Source: Octopus sinensis
Lineage: Eukaryota
DNA length: 64,000 nt
Direction: 5' to 3'
Assembly: GCF_006345805.1 (NCBI RefSeq)
Contig: NC_042999.1
Location: forward strand, 143,220,001 to 143,284,000
Under the pieces are notes generated by a model, which saw only the letters and a program-made list of their open reading frames with translations, was not told the origin of the DNA and made no database searches. Positions 25,823-40,825 of this stretch are shown here, one piece after another (within the stretch, counting starts at the first letter, position 1; every line of letters starts with the position of its first letter). The position numbers and the translations under genes are program-made.

Positions 25823-28800
25823 CGGGTTATATCATACCCGAAAAAAAAATATATATGTGGGATGTCATAACTGGTATGCTTTTAACATGCTTTTGACAAA
25901 AGGCAATGCTCTATATAACACTGCGCCAGACATCAACTTTACACTTCAACAAAACACTGCACTGCATTACACTTCTGCGGTACACTCACATAACACAGCA
26001 TTAAATCATGTCATGTGAACCATTCCAGAAGACATATGTACAGACAATTATACGCTAACAGAAGCAGTAGCAACAACAACAAAGATGGTGAAAACAACTA
26101 CTACAGCAACAGAAATAAATACTGGGATCGATGTAATCGACTAAACCTTCGAGGACAGAGTCCCAGCACGGAGAGTTTGTTTACTATTGTATCGTGAACA
26201 ATGCACTGGCCTTTCATGTCCACAATTCTTTGCATACGTGTTCTCTACCTCTGGTCTCTGACACGTGCGCGCAGACACTCACACACAGGAAAAATAACTA
26301 GAGAGAGTCGGTTCTGACTCTCCAGTTTCGTGTGTGTGTGTGTGTGTGTGGAAGGTACATACTATCGAAGGTACATACTTTGCAGGTAACTTGATATCTG
26401 ACAATATGCCAAAACTAACAATTACATCAAGGAAAAACTATTATTTTAATTCCTTGTTTACTTTTTAGAAGTCAAGTTTGTCATGAATTAGCGAGAGATT
26501 TCGTCACATTTCGACTTGCTCACTGCTACAATGCCACTGGAACTTGTGTAGAAATGCATCAGTTATCAGATTCCTGATGAGCGGTGAACATTTTGGACAA
26601 AACTTTAATAAATAAACAAAAAGTAAAAATAACAGTTTTTGTGTGTACTTTTTGCTGGTCGAAGCTGAAGGTAGTAAAGTGAAGTTTGGTAGATAGAAAC
26701 TAGGGGAAGCTCGTCACATGACTCTCTGCTTGTGATTTGACAGCTGATTCTCTCTGAAGATTTACACTAAGAATGCTTCATGGTGCACCGAGTTGGTAGT
26801 TTAGTTGATTGGACAATAGGACTACGCGACCCGCGAAATCAAAGCGTCAACGTATACGTGCACATATATGTATGCAATCCTTCATTTTTATTTTTTTAGT
26901 GGTTTAGTCCATTACATCGATCCCATTACTTATTTCATAATGCTATATAGTTTATCGAACCCTATTTGTCGAACCGATCATCATCAATAGTTATCCAAGA
27001 AAGATGAACATTGCAAAATAAACAAAACTTTTCATCAAACAACTTAAGAATTCAAGTTGAAACTTCTTCAGTTAACTAACTACTAAGAAGAGCTTCAGTT
27101 TGACCCAGCCTTTTTCGTGTTAATTAATACACTTATAGATTAAATATAATTCTATAATTGTATAGAAATATATGTATTACTCTACATATACAGTGTAGAA
27201 AGAAAAAAAGAAAAGGTTATTAGCGTTGTCGTCGAGTTTCAGACAAGTACTTTGCAGTGTTTAGTCACATCTCTGTGTGCGTTCGGGATTCAAATCACAC
27301 TGTGGTTAGATTCGGCTTTCATCGTTCCCGGTTTAATAAATTAAGTACGACTCAAGTAGTAGTAGTAGTAGTAGTAGTAGTGACAATTTTCGTTGGTCGT
27401 ATTGTACACATAGCACGTTATATCTAAGTTTGTGGCTGTAGACTGTCTTGAATGAACCAAGTAATTATAGACATTGTAGTGTTTACTCGGTTAGCTGTAC
27501 ACATTCACGCCCACCCCATCCTCTCTGTACATATGTATTGTATATACATACATAAACCTACCTACCTACCTATCTATCTACCTACCGACCTACCTACCTG
27601 CATGCATACATACATACATACATACATACATACATACATACATACATACATACCTGCATGCATGCATACATACAACATACATACATACATACATACATAC
27701 ATACATACATACATACATACATACATACATACATACATACATACATACGTACATAGTCAGGGTGTCGGCTGTTTAATCAACTTCCGGTGAAAAGCAAAGA
27801 GATTTGGGGCAGAGAATGAAGGTGAAAAAGGGAGTGGGTGAAATAGAAAGTTAGACATAGGTGAGGAGAAATGAGAAAAGGAAAGTGGCCGGGGTGATAG
27901 AAGTAACACGAAAATATAACCCCAAAACTAACAAACGTCAGGTTTAATGAGAAAGAATTGTGGAATGTTCGAAGAGAAATGGTTGATGTTATTAAATGAA
28001 TTAATATAAGGTGAGAATTTAAGAAGGAAAAGAAACTTTGTACTTGCGAATAAAGAAGTGAATGGTTAGTGTGATGGCGACTGAAAATGGAGTCATGAGG
28101 TTAATGATCATGATGATAATGGAGGTGGTGGTGATACAGATTTATGTTGAAGGGTGGATGCCACTGGTGTATAAAGGCGGAGAAAATGGGAAGTTGTGAT
28201 GCTCATGTCCTTCAAACTGGTATTTGTGACGTCGCTGGAGAAATTTAAATTGCGAAGAAAAACAATGGTGATATTAATGATAGCAATGATAGTAGTTCTA
28301 GTATTGGCGATAGTATTAGTAGTAGTAGAACAGTAGTGGTGTTAGTGATAAAGTGGTAGGGGTAAGTAGTGAAATCTATGATAATGCTGCGCCACTGAAG
28401 TTCTTGTGTAATCAGCTGCAATCATTGCTTCCATATTGTTTGTCCTTGGGCTTTCAGTTGCCTGTAATGTGATTGCCGAGTCAACAGAAAAACGCCAACC
28501 GCCAACCGACTGACTTGGCTTTAGTATCTGTCCAGAATCACGCCGGACCACCACTTGTGGTATTTATTTAATTAGCCAAACGCGAACAATTTCCGGTTGA
28601 CGACATTGCTTGTGGACCCGAACCCGACAAACTTTATTTTATTTTATTTTTTTTTCCTGATTATTCATTTATCTTTTTTTCTTTTATCATACGTCTCCTT
28701 ATTCTCCTTCTATTGCGGTTATCACATCTCTATGCTTTTTTTATACGTTTCAGTGAATTCCGTCGTTTTCCATCCTCTCCCCTTCCTCTTCTTTTTTTCC

Positions 28801-29892
28801 ATATAAACCTGGTGATTTGTTATATATTTCTGTTCAAACCCGGCGTTCATATTAAGCATTTCGTCTCCTTCCATAGGCGATATAATTCCTTTCATCTTTT
28901 GATCTTTTTTTGTCTCATTCGGTCATTTAGCCCTCTTTATTTCGTGCATTTTAATGAATATCACTTAAATTATAACACTTAAGTTTATGTATACTGAAGT
29001 TGCACATGCTCAGCTGAAACAAACATGCTATAAACACATTGTGTGCGTATGCGCGCGCATGTGTGTGTGTGTGTGTAGAAGTCGAGAGAAAGTTGGCTGA
29101 GAAGAAAGGTGCTAGATTATTAGTAGAAGGGTAGGTGATTCATATGAAACTAACGGCACTCATATGTGTACATGATTAGGACATTTTTTCAAAAGAACAG
29201 TTTGCCTAGTCGTCAACAGGTAAGACGAAATGGTAAGGCTATTGTAAAACTGACGCATGTTTCTTTAGATTCCTTTGCTGGCTTCAAAGTTTATCAATGA
29301 ATATTTGAATAATTCTTCAGAAAAAAAGAGACGATCTTGGTCATATGCTTCGCTCTTCATGCACAATGACCCAAACATGTTATTCGACCCAGATTCTGCA
29401 ATTGTCAACTACATTGACGCAACCTATATTGATCAATTAGATATATACATAGAGTTGTTCAATAGAGACAGAATATGTGAATATTCACGATATAGAAAAT
29501 CGATTATTTAGACAGATTACATACATATATTAGAGTGTATGAATGTCTGAAAGGACAGGTTTATTAGACAACTTGCCATAAGTCCATCCAGTTGTATACT
29601 ATCGGGTGTTCTTTTGTGTTCGTAGCCAAGACACTTCATACTAGAATCAAGTCCATGTACTTTTAAATGGGTAACGTGAGTGATGTTGTTTACTTTTGTA
29701 ATTAGCTATAGCAACGTGGATTATTCCTTGATTTACAGTGGTATGCTTACTTTCTCTAACTGAAACAAATTACATATAGGACGGAACGACGAGAGAGACT
29801 TAATGCAGTATCTCAATGAACGCATACAAGCGGCAAAATTAGAGTGAATTATCAACTACATTCTTAATATTAAATATATATATATATATATA

Positions 29893-30200
29893 TCACCGTC
29901 ACCGTCACCGACCAGGCTATCAGATGTTGCTATACATCGCTGGTCACAATGCGCTTCGCATTGTTTTAGCCTTCAAATGACGTCACCCCGCTGGCTAAGC
30001 AAGCAGGCCAACAGAAGAAAGAATGTGAGAAAGTTGTGGAGAAAGAGTACAGCAGGGATCGCCCCCCCCCCCCCCAGCCGGAGCCTCGTGGAGCTTTAGG
30101 TGTTTTCGCTCAATAAACACTCACAACGCTCGGTCTGGGAAACGAAACCGCGATCCTACGACCGCAAGTCCGCTGCTCTAACCACTGGGCCATTGCGGCT

Positions 30201-30202
<2 letters not shown>
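29893..30202 (-). mobile_element. tRNA-derived SINE, family C
   Basis: Minus-strand head GGAGCCGCAATGGCCCAGTGGTTAGAGCAGCGGAC...GGTTTCGTTTCC carries A and B boxes; (GGTGAC)n-like tail. Confidence 0.75.
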
Positions 30203-30246
<44 letters not shown>

Positions 30247-30319
30247 GTACATATAATATTACATTATATTATATTATATTATTACGATGAATGTAAACAA
30301 ACAAACGAAGTTTGCTTTA

Positions 30320-30560
30320 GAAGCAACGTAGCCGAGGAACGATGTGATCGCAGAATACCGACAGCACGAGTTCCATTGGACCCGCGAAGTTTCTGAGTGG
30401 TGTCCAAGAAAGTGGAAAAGACCATTTCAAATCCTCCACGACGATAGGAAGACGATTTAATTTAGTGATTTGGGTCAAGATGGAAAAGAATAGCACAATC
30501 AAAACAGAATTGGAAGCGCATGGTTACCAACAGTGCACATCTGATGGTCTGGTTGATACG
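30320..30560 (+). mobile_element. RTE LINE 3'-end fragment
   Basis: Degenerate peptide ...VSEWCPRKWKRPF..PPRR*ED matches the RTE terminal motif (W-x-P...RPxGRPxxRW). Confidence 0.6.
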
Positions 30561-30567
30561 TATATAT

Positions 30568-30633
<66 letters not shown>

Positions 30634-30759
30634 GACTGAGAAAGTCGTGTAAATATGGACTGATAAGAGAGGTTGAGAGATTGGATCTGTAGCTCTGCAC
30701 TCGGAAAGTTACAAATTATGAGGCTTAGTGTTCTTTTTTTTCATTTTTTTCTTTTCTGC

Positions 30760-30960
30760 TCTAGGTACAAGGCCCGAAATTTTGGGGGAGGGCGCCACAC
30801 GATTAGATCGACCCCAGTACACAACTAGTACTTAATTTATCGACCTCGAAAGGATGAAAGGCAAAGTCGACCTCGGCGGGATTTGAACTCAGAACGTCAT
30901 GACAGACGAAATACCGCTAAGCATCTCGCTCGGCGTGCTAACGTTTCTGCCAGCTCGCCG
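30760..30960 (-). mobile_element. SINE family A copy
   Basis: Ends CTAACGTTTCTGCCAGCTCGCCG, the reverse complement of the family A head. Confidence 0.85.
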
Positions 30961-31849
30961 ATTTGTAAATTGGTTTTATTGCTGATCGAGATATTTGTAA
31001 AAGTTGCAGAAATTGTTGCTCTCAAAACCACTGATTAAACAACCGATTAAAATGTCTGAAAATATTCTCGTAGTATCAAACTCTGCTGCATTTGAATCGA
31101 TGATAACAAGTATACGTTACACGAACCAATGAAGGAATCTCTACGTGGTCGTTGGCCCTACTTGAGGTAGCGAGCAAATCCCCCAAAACACCCTCTACAG
31201 TATTAACAGATAGACATATTGAAAATAAAGCCAGAGTCGAGTTGACCTGGGACTAAACATCAGCATATACATGCTACTTGTTACAATGTTCCTTCTAAAT
31301 TTTAGTAGTCACAATATCGTACAATTTCCTTTCGTCGAGCGCTGTTTGTTCACATAAAGGCAACGAATCTTACGCTAGTTGTAAAAGGTGTGAGCTCAAT
31401 TTTCTCGAGGTGGGTATTGGATTTTTCTTATATCACAGTATTACAGAATTTATAAGTACACCTCTTTTTCTCTCTTCTCTCTCTTTCACATCCCACGCAT
31501 TTTAGACACATGATTCAACACAGATTCACACAAGCATAACCGATCTTTCTCTCCCTTCCTTTTTCTCTTCTTTGACCCCTTCTCCTCTTCTTAAAATCTA
31601 TAACTTTGTGTCAACGACATAGACGTGAGTTTTTCGCGCTTGAGTTAAATACACATGCACGCACACATACCTCCCACCTACACGCAGACACTACACACAC
31701 ACACAAACACACACACAAACTAATACACACAAACACACATACACACACACACACATATACTTGCATAGCAATACTACAATCATCATCAACTCACACACAC
31801 ACGCACGAGCGCGCGCGCACCCCCCACATACACACATGCTTATAAACAC

Positions 31850-32850
31850 AATCTTCAAGTTAACGTAAAGGGAACGTGTCCCTAATTACACACCAGAAAT
31901 ACTCAACCTCACAAACAAAAACCTCAAATACCATACACCAGCACCCATAAAAATGAAACTCACCATCAAGCAAAGAAATAACAGAAAAAATAATCCAGGG
32001 AGAAACAGAAATATTTGTATCATGGTAAAACATAAATTACCAATGAAACACTGTGTAGAGTAATTTGAATTGTCAACAACAAGAACACTAAGGCCTCATA
32101 ATTTGTAATTTTCCGAGTAAAGAGCTGCAGAGTCCATCCTCTCAACCTCTCTTATCGGTCCATATTTACACGATTTTCTCATTCATCTACAAAATATAGA
32201 TGCCTCCCACCCTTTTCCAGAAATTGCTGCACAACTACTCCAAGTCAATATAAATTACCTAGGTGTAAACATTGAAAGATTTTAAACATATCGAATCCAC
32301 CGTATCTCTTCTTACCAGGAACATTGATCATCGAATGCAATCAACTATCGCACTTTACAACATAAACATATCACAAACACATAGAATACGAATTCACTGG
32401 AAGTTGCGCATAACACCTTGATAATATTCGCAACAAACATATAATTCACAGCAAAGAAAAAAAATAAGACAATGCACAAATTTACTTAGACCAAACTGAG
32501 GTATTACATTTGACCAACAGAAGCAAACAACAAAGGAGTATAAAAACAATTCATTAGACCCATCATAGACTACATCATTCCCATTCGGGCTCCAAATTTC
32601 TCTATATCAAGCTAAGATAAACTATGAGTTTTCAAGACGCTATACAGCGTATTCTAACAGACTGTACAGTTACTAAATCCATAAACACCTGCCCCCAATA
32701 CAACGAGAGAAAAATGCCAATATTGAAACACAACCTGGTGATGCGAGGGCACAGTTTGTTGCCACAGCAAACTTTAACCTTTCTCCTCACAATTCCTGCC
32801 ACAAAGTGAAACCCCACTTCCAAACACTCAAACATATACAACATCCCAGA
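31850..32850 (+). mobile_element. Decayed non-LTR retrotransposon (LINE RT C-terminal region; clade uncertain)
   Basis: Fragments NYLGVNI (KYLGV motif), KQFIRPIIDYIIPIRAPN and AIQRILTDC...MPILKHNL, with many stops and frameshifts. Confidence 0.6.
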
Positions 32851-34003
32851 GCGCTACTGCAGATTCAACCTAAAACTACTATCCCTCCCACCCAACTCAG
32901 ACAAGTATAAATGATGCATGGAAGCGTAAATAGCCGCTACATCAATAGTCACACTAGTACAAAACAGTATGTTGCGATATATACACTCGAAATAAATCCA
33001 GAAGAACAATTGCCTCGCTCTGTCAGAATCCATTTTCTCATTACCTGGAGTAGATGAATAAACGAAATGGTGGAGGGAATGTATCAAACCCAGACTGTCG
33101 CATTATATCTCATATTATTCATCACTGTATATAGCACTACGCAGATTCTCAGCTTAGCAAAGACTTGGGAATATAGTTCTGAGGGTCCAGCTTTACCGTT
33201 CAGTCAACTAGCTACGTAATAAAGGACAGCTTGAGAAGGCTATTCTTGGGTGACCTAAATATATCTATATCCACAATATATGTTAACTGCCTTTATAGAT
33301 CACATTAGCAGTTTGTTGCTGTGGACTAAATTTGCGTAACATTTTTCTTGTTGACTGGTTAAACACAATCTATAATATTTAGTCTGTTTATTAAGTAGTT
33401 TATGCTATTTGAAAGAAATGCATGTTGAGCATACAGGTCACTATCGTCAGATAGATATCATTAGAATAATGCGAGTAGGTTAGAAAATAACGTCTTAAAT
33501 TTGAAAAGTGCGTTCTTATTGACATTTTCTTTTCGTTTTCTATTTAGCGATAAAAGTGGACACTGCATACGAGTATTTCGTTGACATTTGCGCCAAGCCA
33601 TTCAAGCTAATAGGACATTCGTCAGTTTCACAGCATGAACTCCTCATGGAGCATATAGACAAGACGGACAGTGAAATTCGAATATTATGTATCTTGGCCA
33701 AGGACCCTTTGCTATACCGTCAACAAGGAGACAAAATGTCTACACTTTGTCGCCTCTGTCTACTTGTTACTCAATTACGTAGAGCAGGACAAAATAAATA
33801 ATGACGGTAACGCTTCATTAAGCATCCTGTTCTTTAGATTAGACACACATATACACCTGTACATGTGTATATGTGTATGCTTGTGCATGAGTGTGCACGC
33901 ACTGTAATAGGTGAATGTATATGTAAAAGTATATATATATATTTGTGTATATATACATTTGTATATATATATGTATATATATACACATACATACATGCAT
34001 ATA

Positions 34004-34063
<60 letters not shown>

Positions 34064-34152
34064 GCATGTATGTATGTGTATATATAGACTTTATATTTGT
34101 ATATATTATTATATATATATTATATATATATATGGCTGTGTGTGTGTGTGTG

Positions 34153-34214
<62 letters not shown>

Positions 34215-34281
34215 ATATATATATGTATATATGCATGTATGTATGTGTATATATAGATTTGTATATATATATATAAATATA

Positions 34282-34378
<97 letters not shown>

Positions 34379-34701
34379 AGTAAATTCATCTTCGTGTGAC
34401 TGAATTGATTAATATATTTCCTGCTATATCGATTCATTCTACTCTCCCTCGCTGTCTCTAACACTCTTTCATTCTATCCACTTTCTCTATCCCACGTAAG
34501 CTATAATTAATGTTCTCCCACTTTTACTGTTGAGCATTTGTAATATTTGTCAATATTGTTGTATGTCTCTCTGTTAATATTTATTTTTTGTGTTTGTCTG
34601 TCTATCTATCTACCTGTTTGGTTTTCTACTGTCTCTCTCGCTCTCTCATTCTCTCTCTCTCTCTCTACATATTTATATATATGCATTGTGTATATACATA
34701 T

Positions 34702-34784
<83 letters not shown>

Positions 34785-35115
34785 GCTGAGCAACGTAGAT
34801 GAGGAGTTACGCAGAATATGTAAGATGATGTCAATGAATGAAAAACAGAAAGATATTGTTGTGCCTTCCATAGATTGTCGAATGATCCTATAATATTTCG
34901 GGAAAATAGTTCCCCTTTTCAAATAGAAGAAACGAAATAAAGAGCTCGGAGAAATTTATGATCATTGGCATATCATTCTAGCGTGTTATTCTATTTGAAG
35001 AAAGCAATTTTATTTAGAAATATAAACACACTATTAAACACACTATTTTATAAGGTCATGATGTTTCTTTGTCTTCATTCATTGACATAACTTTGCATAT
35101 TTTTTAACTCCTCAC

Positions 35116-35149
35116 CTGCACTGTTCCAAACTCTGCCGCATTCAAAACC
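35116..35149 (-). CDS. Candidate 34-nt exon (GFECGRVWNSA+V), phase 0 to 1
   Basis: Acceptor ATTTCTTGCTGCTGCAG|GG and donor CAG|GTGAGG. Its phases bridge the large exon (ends phase 0) and exon 23146-23242 (starts phase 1). Confidence 0.5.
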
Positions 35150-35408
35150 CTGCAGCAGCAAGAAATAACTTCAGATTTCACGTCGAAATATTGATAGACA
35201 ATAAATAACATAACATAGAAACAAAGGGGACTATCTAAAAAAAGGAACCAAGACATGTCATCATCAGCTGCTCTATTCCACTCATTATGGTTTTGACACC
35301 AAATACGATGTATGTGTGTATATGCACACACACCACACACAACACACACACACACACATATATACACATACACACACACAAACATAAATATATATATATT
35401 CAATATAT

Positions 35409-35439
<31 letters not shown>

Positions 35440-35498
35440 AAAGTATGTCATATTTTCCCGTTTGTTGTATTTTTATTTGAAATCCTGAATATATTATA

Positions 35499-35574
<76 letters not shown>

Positions 35575-37199
35575 AATAAAATAGAACATATGCATATATA
35601 TAAACATATATGTACGTACCTACCTCTACATTACATATACACGCATATATGTGTACAGGACACCAAAAAGACGTCGAACACATAGAGAGACGAAAAACAT
35701 AGACACAAACCAAGGAACAGGACAAGCAAAAAAGAAAAAAAGAGATACAGGACAATAAGCACAACGAAAAATCCCCTTCTTCAGTCGCTAAGGTTTCATC
35801 TACTCTACGTTTCGAAGGATAAAAGCGAGACGTATACTTCGAAGAAACTTCCTTCCTGCGAAAAGCAAATCAATTAAAATTCTGAGATCTTTTCGCAGAG
35901 GGGTAAAAAATGGTAAAAAAAGCAAGATATACACGCACATTGATACATTCATACTTACACACATACCATACACACACATTGCATTCATATACACATGAAC
36001 ATACGCGTGCCACACACGCACACATATATATGCAGGCAAAAACAGACACACACACACAAACATACACACAATATAATTCGTATCTTTCATAGAATTATGC
36101 TTGAAATAATAATCAATACGATCATACGATATGCATTGCAAAGATACGTTATATAACATAGATAATTGTTACTATTTTTCTTGAAAAGGTCCTTTCCATT
36201 TGCAGAATATTGTCAAGACAATTGGCCAACACACACACAACACACACCACACACACACACACAAATATATAAAAAAAATTGGGTGGAGATGATTTGTATA
36301 AATCGATAATTAATTTTACATGCTACTTGCTGTCCCTTCATTTATCTACGTTGTTCAATATATATGTCACTTGCCATTCTCTGATATTTCACTTAGCCCA
36401 TTTTTTGTTTAAATTACGCAAATTATCTAACTCCTCAACTCTTTAACTAGTTACAGCTCGAGAGCTGCGGCCATGCTAGGGCACCGCCTAGGCCATATAT
36501 ATTTTTATTGTTTTTTCTAAATCCGTTTACTGGAGGTAAGGTCGGGCAGTTGTTGAGCCGATGACGCTTATTGAGCCAGAAACACGTCCATGACTGTCCT
36601 CTTAACTTCAGACAATAAGCATGCCTGTTTCTTTAATGGTATGACAACTTTGGAAGTAATGCAACTGATTTGGCATAAGCATTTGTTTGTGAAAATGGGC
36701 TTCATAACGATTGGCTAACTCATGAAACGTCACAAGATAATTTTCTTTAACTAATTTCTTTATTTATTTATTGCATGCATGCATGTGTGTGTATGTGTAC
36801 GTGTGTGTGGTGTGTGGTGTGTGTGTTTGTGTGTGCGCGCGCGTATTTGAATATCAGTGATTGCGTGTTAGTGTAAGGATGTATGTGAAGTGACATGTTG
36901 GTAGCGTTCGTTTTTGATGCTATCATATACTGCAGAATAATCCCATAGATCTGAGTCAGTATTGCCATGAGAACTAATTAGAATTAATTGAATACGCGTC
37001 TGTCATTGTTCATACAATTTCACCATGGATGGAAAAAATGGAATCAGCTCGCCTATAGTTTTCGATTTCACCAGCGTGTTTTCTCTACCCTTACGTATCA
37101 TCGGTATAATCATATCCATAGGCATTAGTATCAAGCGCTTTTTATATCGATTACACCGATCTACATATTTGAGGCATTTCTGGTATAGCCCCCACCCCA

Positions 37200-37318
<119 letters not shown>

Positions 37319-37397
37319 ATGCATGTATGTATGTGTGTGTATCTATATATATATGTACACACATATCTATATATCTATAAATATATACATACATATA

Positions 37398-37546
<149 letters not shown>

Positions 37547-37756
37547 AAACATAAATACATATATACACGCATATATCTATCCGTCTATTTGTCTGTTTAT
37601 ACACACACACACACCCAACACACACACACTTACACACAGACACACTTGCACACACACACACATCATTTTCGGTGTTAACCTAAACCTTTTGATCCATGAT
37701 ACATACGAATCAGAGTTTGATTTTGCAATGATGAGAAATGACAAGAACAATTACCG

Positions 37757-37792
<36 letters not shown>

Positions 37793-38069
37793 TTTTGATA
37801 ATTCAATGATGATGATGGTAGTGATGACGATAGTGATAATGATAGTGGCGGTTGTGGTGGTGGTGTGGTGGTGGTGGTGGTGTGGTGATGATGATAATGA
37901 TGATGATGATGATGATGACGATGATGATGATGATGATGGTGAAAATGATGATGAATAATGAGGACGATGATGATTATGGTGGTGATGGTGGCGTAGTTAG
38001 GAAATACTGAAGTGAATTGTGCACATTAATCATTGTGTTCAATTTCTGTTCATTAATTAATTTCAAGAA

Positions 38070-38106
<37 letters not shown>

Positions 38107-38544
38107 GCTAATAAAGAACAACAGAAACAACCAATCGAATTCATATTGCAAGGAACAAAAAAAAAAAAGGAATGACTAGGAAAGAATAAAAAAATGAATG
38201 AAAGAGAAAGGAACCTGAAATGAGGTATAAAAGCGTAAATTCTTGGAATTATGATCGATCGTAACGATCAGCACTACTTTGAAGTTTAAAGTGACCCAGA
38301 CCTCGGTTTGACTATGACCCATTTTTATGCTGAGTCAGGTAGGCTTCAACGAAGATGTATTATTCGTGCGTGAATGATGCACGCGTGCAGTTGTAGCTCT
38401 GTATGCTGTGTATACTGTATCCATCCATCCACCCATCGATCGATCCATCAATTCATTCATCGATCAATCAATCGATCGAGCGATCCATCCATCCATCACA
38501 TACATATAGCAAAAAATACATGCAGATGTGACTATAAACGGAGG

Positions 38545-38840
38545 TATGGCTGTGTGTGTAGGAAGTTTGCTTCCTCACCACCTGGCTCCGGGTTCACTCC
38601 CATTGCAAGGCACATTGGGAAAGTATCTTTTACTTTAGGCTCGGGTCGATCAAAGCCTTTGATAGCAGAAACTGAAAGATGCCCGTCGCACGCGCATGCG
38701 TATATGTTTGTGCATGTTTCTTTGTGTATGTTTTTATTCCCCTCCAGCAGTTGACCGGTGTTGGCTTGTTTACATCACTATAACTTAGAGGCCCGGCCAA
38801 AGAATCCGATGGAATAAGTATCAGGGTTAAAAAGTAAGTA
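38545..38840 (+). mobile_element. SINE family B copy
   Basis: GGCTGTGTG...CCGGGTTCACTCCC...GGGTCGATCAAAGCCTT...GAAACTGAAAGA...GAATAAGTATCAGG. Confidence 0.7.
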
Positions 38841-40666
38841 CTGGTATCACTTTGTTTGCCCCAGATTGGTATCCTAAAATTACACTCTCACTTCCTACCC
38901 AGTCGAGGCAAACAATATAAAAAAAATGCACTCTTCGTCCACCCGGAGAACGAAACAAGTAAATGATAAATGGCAAAAAATAATAATTTACACAAATACA
39001 ATACGGCCACACACTCAGCGTTTACTCCAACTATGTCTTAACCACAATATATTAGACAAAAACAAAATAGTTTTAAAAAATTGTAGACTCGGCATCTTCA
39101 CAGGTTAATCTGTCTGGAGAACGAAGTTTACTGTTTCAAACTTCAACCCTTTTGATGGTTCTGTATGTAGCCTGCCACTACTTATACAACCATACTGACC
39201 AAACAAACAGACAAATCTCCACACACACACACACAGACATACATAGGTGTGTGTGCATGTTTGTGTGGGTGTATGTATGTATACAACACGCTTGTACATA
39301 CACACACACACATATAGATACACATATGCATATGTATACGTTTGTGTGGGTGTATGTGTGTATACAACACGCACATACACACACACACGCGCGCGCACGC
39401 ACACACACACACACTAGCAACAGCAGTGAATAAACCTTACTTTCAAACAAACACTCTACTGAGAAATGTAGATTCCCAATGTTGACTGCACAGAAACAGC
39501 AAAGATTGCATTGTGAACGAGTGTACCGTATTTACATCAGTTATGGGCCCTACCAGAATCTTTAATAAAAAAAAAAAAAACAGACTGAATGGCGAAGATA
39601 GTGTAAAGAGAACAGACACTGCATCCCTATAGATTAAATACACTGCATTTTAGAATGTGCAGTTTGGTGCTCAGTTAGGCGGGGTGGGTGGATGCTATAT
39701 CTAGAATAAAATCTATGAATCACACTTTGTTCGGTCAACTACCTGAATGCCAACTCATAGATTAACTCAATCTATACAACAGCAAAAGCAATAACACCAA
39801 CAACGTCAACGATGACAACGATGACCAATACCAGCACCAGCACCGCCGCCACCACTACCATCGTCGTTATCAACAGCAATGGCTAATATAAATATCCATT
39901 TTAGTAGAGAAGGTTGACAGAGAATGTCATTTTCAGAATAAGTGTCCCAAAATTGCCCCGTAATTGTTCCTCCGCTGATCACAACCATATACATGATACT
40001 ATAATCTATTCAATGTCCTTTACTACATTTTGTTTCAAAGGTGTTAAGTACCTGTAGAAAAGTAATAAAAGAAAATCCATCAAACACTGCATATTTGATG
40101 ACAGTTTCTGTAGACTACAGTACTGAATTGAAATTCTCCCAAAGTTATAACCTCGATCAGTGTGAACAGCCGGTTACATGAATAAGTTACATAAAGTAGC
40201 TACATTACATGAATGAGTTACCCTATATGAATGAGTTACTCTATATGAAGTTGTTTATACTACATGTTGAACTGTTATACTATACACGTGAACTCCGTAA
40301 CGTGCATTGGACAAGGGAGATATACAAAATTTTCAAATCTTGTACTGAATCATACTCGGCACAACAGATTGCATACTGACCCACCCCCGCGGAGAGAATA
40401 TGTATAGTTCTACTTGATTTAACATCACAGAACACTATCTGTTATCAATGAAGCAACAAGGAAGTTTGTATATGGTCGCACAGCGTGAAAAAGATAATAG
40501 CTACTTCTTCAAATTATACGCAATCGTCTCCCCGCTCCAAAGACGTAGTAGATTATGTTGCTATAGATACGACAAAAGAGGTATATAATAGAAATATTAT
40601 ACACATCATTGTTGCTATAGATACGGTATATTTGAATAAAAGACAGAAAATTCACGCGTGGATACT

Positions 40667-40825
40667 AGTGTAGCTAGAGAGGGGCGGTAGGGGCGGTCCG
40701 CCCAGGGCAGCACTTTTAAAGAGGTGACCCTTTTGGGTCTGCTGTAGGCAATATGTATTTTTCTGTGGGGTCTGGGGGTGGCAAACAGAAGGGCCGCCCC
40801 AGGCGGCACACGCTCTAGCTACGCT
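40667..40825. mobile_element. MITE (159 bp) with 13-bp terminal inverted repeats
   Basis: AGTGTAGCTAGAG ... CTCTAGCTACGCT (12/13 match) with GC-rich subterminal GGGGCGG/CCGCCCC repeats. No clear target-site duplication. Confidence 0.6.

Noticed and set aside
33930-34380. Higher-order duplications within microsatellites (also 39230-39400, 46700-46750, 52730-52810)
   Set aside because: Explained by slippage or unequal exchange, or by long-read consensus errors; no sign of function.
39523-39555. 33-nt segment ILVGPITDVNT echoing the end of the large exon (PTDVNT)
   Set aside because: Weak donor and only a five-residue match; likely chance.
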